Assembly: GCA_030704615.1 (NCBI GenBank)
Contig: CM060733.1
Span: 14,012,001 to 14,076,000, forward strand
Source of the DNA: Takakia lepidozioides
Taxonomy: Eukaryota; Plantae; Bryophyta
DNA length: 64,000 bases
Direction of reading: 5' to 3'
Both the position numbers and the translations under genes were made by a program. The stretch's first letter is position 1. The number at the start of each line of letters is the position of its first letter. Of this stretch, positions 49,955-60,535 are shown one piece after another. The notes beneath the pieces are model-generated. The model did no database searches and was not told where the DNA came from. It worked only from the letters and a program-made list of their open reading frames with translations.

Positions 49955-51567
49955 TGTCAAGGACGAGACATGACTGAACACAAACAAGAGATCAGACTAG
50001 AGGTACAAGACTAGACAAGAAGTCAAGGTCGGCGTGGCCGTATGCATGATGAGTAAATAGGAATCAAGATGATTTTTATAACAATGAACAAGAGTACAAA
50101 ATATTGGAACACGACTTGAATACTGGAATGTTGGAAACTGGACTGGAGTACCAGATACTGGAAACTGGGCTAGAGTACTGGGAACTGGAAACAAGATTAA
50201 CTTGAACTGGTGCTGGCGAGACTGAAGAGTATCCAGTCTCGCCTCCTATATATACTGGCTACTAAGAAGCTACCCTAAGAAGCTTCCCTTATAGAGGTTT
50301 CTTGATGGAGTAGCTTCCTTAAACAAATGAGATATCTTGATGGAGACAATTTCTCCAAATGAAGCTTCCTGAGTAGTTTCCCAAGTTACTCTTGGTAATT
50401 TGGTAAACTCCCGGTAACTTGGTAAATCATGGTAAATATCGGTAAGTCATGATAACTTCTGGTAACTTAATAACTTGGTAACTTCTGGTATTTACTCTTG
50501 GTAAGTTCCTCTGGGCTATGGCCGTGACATCACCCCTCCTCTAGCGTCGAGTTCCTCGAGGAGCGATAAAATCTTGGACTTGCTTAGAGTTGGAGAAAAT
50601 CCAAAATCCGGCGAATGGTACTTGCCAAGTATTCGGCTCTTCGTTCTTGACTCAAATAATTTATAGGTCCCTACAACCATCGATAGTATCTAACACCTTG
50701 AACTTGGGACCACGCAGTGATTTGAGCATTCTGATTTTCGAAACTGCCTTCAAACATGATTTCGTTGCCTTTACCCTCTGGGTCCGAAGCCTCAACCTCC
50801 AACAGAATTATCAGACTTCGAGTAGGCTCCACTTGCCGTCGTACGGGGTTCAGACGAGGAAGTACGCGTCGCATTGGTAGCCCATCGTCTCGAAAACGTT
50901 GGCGTGATGTTGAAGGTCATGAGAGTCGGAACGACTGATCTGGTAGCTGGGTAAGCGACAACTCTAATGTATCTGGTTCATGTGACTCCATACTGCCAAT
51001 GCAAGAGTGCTGGAAGTATAGTTATATATATACTGATGTGTGGTGCTCCTCCTTCTTTAGCGTGTATCAGGTACATTGAATGTAGAGTCTTCACCTTGAA
51101 GCTAACTTGGCTGACATCATCATTGTGACGTTTTATTGACGTATAGCTCGGGGCTTAGCTGGATATCGTTGATGAAACTCTTGGACTTTGTCAGATGCAT
51201 TGGCGAGGTTGGATGAAGGTTCCCACGTTCGTTCGCTGATGTCGTAGCCTTTCCAATGTATACTCAAGACGTTTATACTTTATGCGAGAGTCTAGGACTT
51301 CGTCGACTTCATACTCAATTTCATGATTGACTTCGATTGGTGGAGGTGGTACGGAGACTCTCCCTGGAATATTCGATGGATGATACAACTCCAATAATGA
51401 AACATGAAAAGATTGGATGGATACGCATACTTCGTGGGAGTTCAAGCCGAAAACTGACCGGATTTATTTGTCGAATAATTTTAAATGGTCCCAAGCGTTG
51501 ATAATCCAACTTCCGTGATGGTCGCGAGGTTTGTATGTCCCAACGAAGAAGCCACACACGATCTCCG
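49955..51567 (-). mobile_element. Tcn1-like chromovirus copy 2: 3' LTR (49955-50529), PPT, chromodomain and integrase C-terminus
   Basis: Closely homologous to 12489-14130; EIEYEVDEVLDSRIKYKRLEY and [15 protein letters not shown]; LTR TGTCAAGG...GTGACA; PPT GAGGAGGGGTGA on the minus strand. Confidence 0.88.
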
Positions 51568-53105
51568 TGTCGCGCACCTCACTTCGGTAAGCTCCCCTTC
51601 AAGTCATAGTTACTCGCTTGATGCGCGCGCCTAACTCCCAAACTGGCCGTCAAGCCACTTCAGAGCTTCGGCTGCTCACCGGGACATAACGGTCCCCCTT
51701 TACTCCTCCACAAGACCCTCTCTCAATTTGGGCCAAGTGGAAATTCCCTTTGGTCGATGGCAGTCCGGAATCGTTCCCCACACCTTGGTCGCTTTCCGGC
51801 TCGCACGCTTGCTCACTAGTTTTTGGTCACCAACGGGCTTACACCGTTCTCGGGGTTACTACTCCCTATATATACTTATGTGACTGTCCGCGGGGGTTTC
51901 ACAAACAACCATGTCATTTTATGGCGAACCACCACGAAAACCCTCAATTCCCGGTGATGAGTCGCGGTGAGTCTTGGCCCACCCGCCACGGTCCCATTGG
52001 ACCGTGATGAGTCCCAAGACTCCCCACGACTCCCACCACAAGGTCTCCACCCCCATGGTGAGTCATATGCCACCCCCACTAAGTCCCACTAAGCTACCAC
52101 CACCCCTTGTGGAACCACCCCCACCGCAACCCCGTGTGCGGGGCTCCACCTAGTGAGCGCCTCCGTCACCTTGAGTGCCTTGGGCACTCAAGGGTGCTTC
52201 AGCCCCCGCAACTAATGTTGTCACTGCCCCCACCACAGGGGCAGCCCTTCATGTGTCCCGACCCCCTGCCCTCAAGGCAAAGGGCCGCGACACACACCCC
52301 TACCAACAGGAAATCGATGTCATCATCGACTTGTAGAAACGAACATCCAAGTTGTGGCGTCCCACATCAAGGAGTTTGTTTCCGTACCATGGCATCCCAT
52401 GACAAAGAACCAAACCCCCACTTGACTCTACTCTCCACTAGCTAGTTCGGCCGACTTCCTCCAAGTCTCGGCCAAGGGCGGAGCTTCTCAAGCTCCTCCC
52501 AGTGCACTCTTCTTGACCCACTTCAAGGCCAAGGAACGATCATCCCCGAGGATCGAATCGCCTTACTGCAACAACATTTGCTTGCGACCACTCGTGATGC
52601 CGCTTTTGGCATCGTCTTGAGCAAGGGTTCGCCTTGAGCCCTTCTTGACTAGGAAGATAACCTTGAACCAACCGTGCGCCCCAATCACTACAATTGGGTC
52701 CGCCTTGGAATGCTGGCCTGAGGTACGGGAACACGCCGAAGCCGCACTATGACTTCGTCCCGAGGCTACACGATTATAGTACGTAAACGGAAGCACGAAA
52801 CTTCCGCGTTAGCCCACACTATAAGGCAACCCCCTCGGTAGCGCAGTTATAGTACGCGCACGACCAAGTGTGCACTAGCACGTGAACTCCCAACGAAGGT
52901 GCAAGTTTCCTTGTCCCTTGGGTGGGAGTCACCCGATTTCGGCACTACACAAACACACGATTAATCCAATTTACCTCTCCCACTTTGTAAGCTAGCATGC
53001 ATTCTACACACTAGCCAATCATACCATGCATCACCATTCCAAACAAAATAGGACATTTAATATTTGGAAACAATTTCATTTATAACAAAATTCGTACAAT
53101 ACAAG
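51568..53105 (-). mobile_element. GC-rich LTR (51568-52292) with adjoining 3' internal sequence of a third LTR retrotransposon family
   Basis: Inverted termini TGTCGCG...CGCGACA; a purine-rich tract GGTAGGGGTGTG precedes the LTR on the minus strand; interrupts the Tcn1-like integrase. Confidence 0.6.
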
Positions 53106-53109
53106 TTTA

Positions 53110-55633
53110 CCAAACTATTATAGACGGTTTGTTAAGGGATTTAGTGCCATTGCAAAGGCTCTAACCAAGTTGACCAAGGTGGACCAGGAGTGGCAGTGGG
53201 AAGATGAGCAAGAACAAGCTTTTCAAGAGCTCAAGGCGAGGTTAACCTCGGCGCCCATCTTGAGACGACCTATCAGGGGGCGTCCTTTTCAGATGCATAC
53301 AGATTGGAGCATGCTGGGGCTTGGAGCGGTGCTCACACAGGTGGATGATGAGGGAAGAGAGTTCGTAGTGGCTTATGTTAGCTGCTCGAACAACGCTGCA
53401 GAGTCTAAGTATAGCTCATATGAGGGAGAATGCTTAGCTGCAGTGTGGGCCGTGACACACTTCAGGTGCTATCTATACGGCAATCTCTTCACCCTTGTTA
53501 CGGATCACCAACCACTCAAGTGGTTGATGAAGTCAGACAAGCTTATGGGGAAGCTTGCACGGTAGGCACTCATCCTTCAAGAGTATGACTTTCAGGTGGT
53601 GCATCGACCGGGTTTGGTCAATCGCAATGCAGATGGGTTGAGTGGCAATCCATGCACGAGCCAGCAGGATGACACTGGAGCTCGGTGGCATGGTGAGACG
53701 GACGAGGAGATGGTGCCCGGATGGCATGCATCTGCATTTCTGTGTATCTTGGCAGCGGAAGGCCAGGTTGGACCTGCAACAAGGATGACTGTAGATCAAG
53801 TGTCTGAGGACCCTGAGGCCAGCAATGAGCAAGGTGGCGCCAAAGATATACATGAGGATTCAGTTGTGTTGGACTACCTCCGCACTGGAGACACTGCAGC
53901 CACTGTGACTGCCAAGGAGAGGGATCGGATCCTACAACGAGCCAAGAGGTTCAAGTGGGAGGGGACACACCTGCTCCGAGTGTGGGAGGATGGTCGAGTG
54001 AGGATTGTGCCTCATCCAACACAATGGGCACGGTTAGTGCGGCATGCCCATGAGGAGTTGGGGCATTTTGGGGTGCGACGCACTCATAGTCTACTGCAGG
54101 GGCAGTATTGGTGGCGTGGTATGCACACAGAGGTGCAACAATTTGTGGCTAGGTGCATGGTGTGTGACAGGGTGCGTGCTTCATTCAATGCCCCTACTCC
54201 ACAATTGCACCCTCTTCCGATCATGGGATTGGGCTACAGGTGGAGTCTTGACTTTGCAATGGGCCGTTGCCACTGACCATGCGCCACAACAAGTACGTGT
54301 TGGTGATGGTGGAGCACTTCTCCAAGTGGATTGAATTGGTTCCATTGCCTGATAAAGCTAGTGAGGGAGCTGCATATGCATTCTTGGATTGTGTGCTAGC
54401 CGATTCGGTGCTCCAGCTGAGGTACTCACGGACCAAGGGAGAGAGTTCTTGGGGGAGTTTCAGGTTTTGTGTGACAAGGCCTTGATAGACCACCTCACCA
54501 CTTCTCGGGATCATCCTGAGGCCGATGGCTTGGCAGAGAGAGTTGTTCAGACAATAAAGAGGGGTTTGCGCAAGTATGGCTTGCAGAAGGGATACCTAGG
54601 AGATTGGGACCTTCAGTTACCCTAGTTAGCCATGGGCTACAGGTTCAGCAAGCAAGCATCACTTGCCTCCTTCTCACCATACTTTCTTCTCTTTGGTCGA
54701 GAGCCGGATTTGCCTACATCCATTCGCAGAGAAGCTGCTACAGTTCTTAACCTTGACGATCCGGACGTGTGGGCACGTGCATGTGAGCAGCGTGCAGAGT
54801 TGTTCAAGAAAGTCATGCCCATGACTTTCGAAAACCTTGCCATTGCTCAACATCGTGATACGTTGAGGTATGCTACCATACGTGGTGGGGGCTATCGTCC
54901 TGGGGTTCGGAGATTCAACCCTGGTGACTATGTTTATCTGCAGCAGACTGCTCCTACGACCTTGGATGTGACTGCAGGACGTACTATTTTGAGGGTTCGA
55001 GAGATGTTGCCCTCATGAGTCCTGATCTTGGAAGGTTGGGATGGCATGATTTGGAAGGACCATGTGCGTAATTGCGCGCCATGTCACCTTCCAAATGTTG
55101 ATGGAAGGGTTGACCCAAACCTGACAGTGGTACCTGCAAGTTTGAGGTGCATGTTGTGTGGGTCTGCTAGAGGGGCAGCCACCATGCTGGTGTGTGATCA
55201 ATGCTCTAGAGGTTGGCATATGGGATGCTTGACTCCACCTCTTGAGATGGTTCCTGATGGGGATTGGTTATGTCCACATTGCATTGGATAGTGGGAGTGG
55301 ATACAACCATGGAAGGCTAACAAGAAATGCAAGGCCAAGCTACTAGGAGACCAACACACGAGATCCTGACTCAAGTTCACAGATTGCAAGACGGCAACTA
55401 ACGATGGGGTTGCTCTTGTACCCGGCCTCTTGGTCTATAGAGTTTGAGTACAATAGGGACAGTAATAGAGGACTTAGTACGGCTGTGGCTATTACATCTT
55501 GTAGCTATCTAGAGTTAGAGGGACCTAACCACCAGCTAGGGGGGCGATTGTGGTATAGCTTTCTAGGATTGTGTGCTTAGATTACGTGGTGGACAACGAT
55601 GTATGTTGTGGCACGATGCTTAGGTGCATGACA
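53110..55633 (+). mobile_element. Ty3/Gypsy pol (RT end, RNase H, integrase) with a C-terminal PHD finger, PPT and truncated 3' LTR
   Basis: YYRRFVKGFSAIAK; RNase H TDWSMLGLGAVL...YSSYEGECLAAVWAV...TDHQPL; HHCC HEELGHFG...CMVCDR; DDE core WSLDF/TDQGREF/ADGLAER; GDYVYL; PHD CMLC...CDQC....H..C...WLCPHC (55148-55282); PPT AGGGGGG at ~55538-55544. A few stops and frameshifts. Confidence 0.92.
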
Positions 55634-55635
55634 GC

Positions 55636-56142
55636 TGTCATGGTTTTAGTCATGGTTATCTAGAATTACCTACTTCTAGTTAACTAGGACATTTTAGATA
55701 TTTATATTTATATTTTGTGTGTTGGGACTTCATTTGGTCTCACATGCCAAGTGAGGTGTCGAGCCTCACTTGAGACATGGAGATATGTTTTCCCCTTGTG
55801 AGTGTTGAGGAGGCTCATCTTCTTGTAGTTGAACCTCCATGAACTTCTCTCACCTCCATAGCTCTAGGTATTGAGAGGGAGTGTGTTGAGGGCTTTGTAG
55901 GGTGGATTCCTTTAGCAAATGTGCCCTTGGCTTGACTTAGTTTATGTGATAGAGTGGATTTCACTTGGAAGGACTAAGGCTTGTTCTTCATGTGATTGCT
56001 TCATGCTTTGAGAGCTTTCATTGTCTTCTACTTCTCTCATTTCTCATCTCTTATCATTGTGGTATAGCTTTCTAGGATTGTGTGCTTAGATTGTGTGGTG
56101 GACAGCGATGTATGTTGTGGCACGATGCTTAGGTGCACGACA
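55636..56142 (+). mobile_element. Full LTR of the PHD-integrase family
   Basis: TGTCATGG...GGTGCACGACA; homologous to 10669-11112 and 11666-12096; its last 85 bp duplicate 55549-55633. Confidence 0.85.
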
Positions 56143-56902
56143 CCACCAATAGTCCATGGATATCAATTCCATTGTTTTGTTGAAGCCGAAATGTCCTGCA
56201 GCCGGAAGATCGTGACATGTTTGAAGAATTCGAAGTCGTGTAGGTCCTGGAGGTACATAGAGAAGTCCCTTGGAATAAAGTAAGTCATCTTTGAACTCGA
56301 AGTCATTTGTAACATGTGGGTTGTCTCAAGGTCGATTTAGTTGACTTCGTAGTGTCGTAGCAAATTGATCGTTCTTCAGTGCTTCCTGAATCTCCTTTAT
56401 GATCTCTGCATCGTCATAGGTGGACATGGATAGCATATTCAATTGGAGATTTGTTGGTTTCAAGATGATGGATTTATGTTGGTCAAAAGCTGCATCCCCT
56501 TCCTTTGACGCAAGATACGATCGTCGAGAAAGAGCATCTGGTTTTCCTTGAAGATGTCCGGGACGGTAGGTAATAACAAAATCAAATCTTGCTAGTGACA
56601 TACTCCATCTCGCTTGACGTCGATTCAAAACACGAGCACTCACAAAATACTCGAGGTTTTTATGATCGGTATAGACAGTGATATGATGTTGAGCTCCCTC
56701 CAATAGATGACGTCACTCCTCAAAAACATCGATAATCGCTAGAAGTTCTTTGTCATGGATTTCATAATTGATCTCCGCAGCGGAAAATTTGCGAGAACGA
56801 AAACCAACATGATGAAGTCGGTCATCTGTACCGTATTGAGATAGTACCGCGCCAAGTGCAAAGTCCGATGCATCTGCTTCCAAAAAGAATGGTTTAGATG
56901 GG
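56143..56902 (-). mobile_element. Tcn1-like chromovirus copy 2, upstream part (RNase H and start of integrase)
   Basis: [19 protein letters not shown]...[21 protein letters not shown]...[10 protein letters not shown]...LNRRQARWS...YRPG...KPDALSR; AGHFGFNKTMELIS.DYWW. Confidence 0.88.
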
Positions 56903-57532
56903 ATGAGCGGAGCATATTTTTGACATTTTTCGAGGATTGAGTCGTTTGGGTAGTAATCATGACAAAATGTGAATTCAATAAAGTGGATGGTGAGTTGTGG
57001 GGATGGGGAGCTGGGGGCATAGTGTTGATGGGTAGGCCGTGTACTAGGAGTATGTCTGGGCACAGCCTCTATGCAAGAACATGGTGCTTGAGTACATATG
57101 CATGGTAGCAGCCACGGACGTGGTACAGTATGGTCGGGTGGCCGGCCTTGGTAGGTGCCAGCGTTCATGAGAGAGAACCATCGAGTTTCAGCACGTTTTT
57201 TAAAAAGCTTATAGAGGTGTCATACTGCCTGGTTATGCCTCGTGATATGTAAGCCATATATGACCGGATGTGTACATTGGCTGAGTAGATGCGACCAAGT
57301 GTCACGTCCTTGATGGGTGGTAGAGCATAGTGGGCAGTATGGGGAGGGGAACAAGTGCGGCCAAAATATATGTTTGCGTTGGTGGCCCATGTATTGGACG
57401 TACTTGAATTTGAGTGTTTGTCCGATTTGTGCATCCGTGGTGGCTTTGGTTAGCCAGAAGTGGTTAGAAAGTTTATGGCGCAGTATATCGGATTGAGTCC
57501 ATTTTTGTGTACTTTGGTATGGCTAATAGAGG
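56903..57532 (-). mobile_element. 5'-truncated Dualen/RandI-like RLE LINE: CCHC knuckle and RLE region
   Basis: KLSNHFWL...LKFKYVQYMG...YCPLCST...DTWSHLLSQC...GLHITRHNQAV...MNAGT...PWLLPCIC...[12 protein letters not shown]...KCQKYAPLI; left-hand partner at 49780-49954 shares the 13-bp TSD. The clade name is an inference from motif resemblance. Confidence 0.75.
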
Positions 57533-59140
57533 GCGTCTTGGAGGAAAGATGTTGTGTAAGGGGTAGTACCAAAAGGAATATCTAACACTCGAATACCCTC
57601 AGATGGTGCTAGAAAGTCAGAAGGGGGCACGAAATCTGAAGGTAGACCAAAGGGTGACCAAGAGGATATCATCAGAGGCCGGTGATGTGGGTATCATCAA
57701 CAATAGAAGGAAATATACAGGATTGGAAGGCTTGCGCAGATGAGCGAAGGGCCTGGACGTGGACAAAAGCAATAAGAGGTCCCCCTAATGGATCGCCCTG
57801 ACGCATTCATACTTCGGACTGGATTATAGTAAGATATCCGGTACGGGTGTGATGATTGTAAAACAAAGGGGTAGAGGAAGCATAAAACAATCTCACAAAG
57901 GGAATGAGTTGATGGCATGCACCGCCGGCTGATCGCAGTTCCTAAAATATTGTTGATCTGGACACCGTGTTGAAGGCGTTGGTCACATCCACCTGAAGGA
58001 CGACCTAGTCGGGATGAGGTCAAGGGAAGCCCAAATCACATGCACCACCGCTTCACAACCTCCCAAGGTAGCGACCCCAAACTGATGTGGAGAGAAGTGA
58101 GAAGAAAGACCTCCCAAAGCTGGATGCAGATAGAGCGGCTCACCAAGTGATATAGAACCTCCCCCACTGCAATGGGACGAATCCCACCTGTGTTCTTGGA
58201 CATGGCCAAGCATAATGAAAGAACAAACTTGGAACAGTTGGGAAAAGCCACTAGCAGAGTCCTATGGATTGAGACAGTCACGGAGGTGTTCATATACCAA
58301 TCCAGACTAACCGGCTGCTGCAAGATGAGGGCTACGAGTGAATGCTTGAATGAAAGTATCGCGATCCAATTGAAGGTCCTCATTAGGGTCAAAGTCCTCC
58401 ACAAATGAAGGGAGGATGCCGTCCGCACTGAGGTGGAGATGCTCCAAAGCTGTGACAGTATCTGCCGGAGGCGGTGCTGGGGTAAGAGGAGTAAGAGCTC
58501 GAGCTACACGAGGATATTCTCTTGCCCGACCTAGCATAAGACTCCGACGAAGACGCATGTGGATGGATGGAGTGGCCTGGCGTGGGCTATCGTGAGCTAT
58601 TCGCGCCGCAAGTGCTTGTGCACATAGATAATGTTCGTCTTGAAGGGTTTTCCAGTCCCCAGAGAGAAATCTACGAAGATGGGCACACGTCTCTCGATGT
58701 CCGGATTCACCACCACGTGGAGGCAGAACTAGACACCATAGAGAAAAAAACAGAAAAAGGTGCCAAACAACAATGTCGTATGGGTCCCGAGCAAGGCGGT
58801 CCAAGGGTAAGCGAAAAGCATTTACCTCCGTTCGAAGTGCCATTGGGATACGTGTATAGAGCCGGGGACGGGGCAAACCCAAATGAAATGCTCCCAAAAC
58901 ATCGAGGGTCGCAATCCAAAGCCATGCATGTGTAGAAAGAGCCACTAATGGGGTAGGTAGATGACTGTCCGGATAAAGCTGATGGATCGTAGAACACGTG
59001 TGCCGATGACGCGCAAGACCCTTGATACGGGCAAACATCCGACCACAACCTAGACAAGGCACTCGGTCTGGTGGTGCTGTTGGTGGGAGATAAGATAGAG
59101 CAAAAGAACGGGCGGTCTGATTAGGTGAACATGTCTGCAA
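57533..59140 (-). mobile_element. CRE-clade non-LTR retrotransposon, 5' half (C2H2-type zinc finger and reverse transcriptase)
   Basis: VPCLGCGRMFARIKGLARHRHTC; GGIRPIAVGEVLYHLVSR; PHQFGVATLGGCEAVVH; QVDVTNAFNTVSR; RQGDPLGG; FPSIVDDTHI; ends TTSFLQDA and continues in frame at 49766 once the insertion is removed. Confidence 0.85.
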
Positions 59141-59460
59141 GGGCTATATGTAGAATACGACTACTAATGTCCCTACAGTGAAGTCGGAAAGTGGGAAGAG
59201 CTTTACCGATGTAGACAGTTTCTTTTCTGGGGTCAGGAGCTGACACTCCTCTATCTTTTCCTAGAGAATTTATTGACCCATTTATACAGTCACCCCACTT
59301 GGGTCTTTTTATATAGTACCCACGATCAATTGGGTGGAGAGTTGAAGGTGCTAAAAATAGAAAGGGTGGGAACGACCAGTAGGGTGGCAGGGCAGGTTAC
59401 GATGATAGTTCTTGTTTTGCGATAGATTTTTGACAACTGTCCACGCTGCGACAACCATGC

Positions 59461-60535
59461 ATGCTTCCAGAAAATTCCACTGCCGCTTGAAAGTCTCTGC
59501 TTGCCGTTTGAAGCCCCTGTTGGAAGCCCGCAGTAGAAGATGAGAGTAGAAGAGGAGAGGTTCAGGATGGGCATGAAGGCAATGCTAGGAGGAAGGCAAG
59601 GGATCGATTTAGAGACGGTAAGAATTTCACTCAAGCTAGTGTTACTATTGGTGTGGGGGGAACAGATATCGATCGTACCTGTATGACAAAAATGGGTGTC
59701 TTCCTGCGTCGATACTATGAGGCCGGTATTTGTTTTCTGGAAAGAGGTGGGAGTCTTCTACATTTGCGTTTGCAAATGGTATGCAAGTTGTTTGTGAAAA
59801 GTCTGGTGACATTCAATAAATTGATCAAAACTGAATTGGGGGTGGGATGATCCAAAAATTGCTCCACCTAGCAATTATGTCCATTGTAAACTCTTAAAAC
59901 ACATAGGCTTGCATACGCATACTGGCTATTTGAAAGATAAAGATGAACCTGACTTTGAGTTTGTCCATAGCAATGTTACGAGTGATGAGGAGGAATATAT
60001 CAAGTTTGGTGCTAGTGCTGCCAAGAATCGTGTGTGTTTGACACATCAGAACCTTGTATATCGAGTACATATGTGGTGTAAATACAAGATGCGGAGTGTT
60101 CTATCTTCCACGCTGCCAAAAGTTCTGTTCGATATGATGAAATTTGGACAGTTTTATCTTGCTGCGAACTGGGTGGTTCATTTTCACAACAGGGGAATGG
60201 ATTTAGAAAGATCGGCCTCTATGTGGAAATGCATGGTTGCCCCTCATCAGTTGCAAATGGTGGATGTGGCAAGGATCTTTTTTGATGTTTCAACGCCTTG
60301 CAGCCGTCTCAGGGAGGAACAATATACTGCGTTAGAAAATAGAGTTCCCCATACTCCTGTTCGTTGTCGGCCTATGGTTCCACCAATAGTTTCTTCTTCT
60401 AGCACTTCGTCTGCTCATGAGGTGCACAATGTTTCCTCTTCTTGTACTGCATTACTTCGCTCAGGTGGATCTGCTCATCGGGTGCAATATATCCCTGTTC
60501 ACATTCCAGATACAGTTCCATTTCACGTATTTTAA
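59461..60535 (+). mobile_element. Degenerate Replitron (HUH-endonuclease DNA transposon) transposase
   Basis: ASVTIGVGGTDID...GICFLERGGSLLHLRLQMV (motif II, HUH degenerate)...FNKLIKTELG...CKLL..IGLHT..GY.KD (motif III)...F...SNV...EYIKFG..AKNRVCLTHQNLVYR; no helicase; stop, frameshift and small deletions. Confidence 0.72.
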
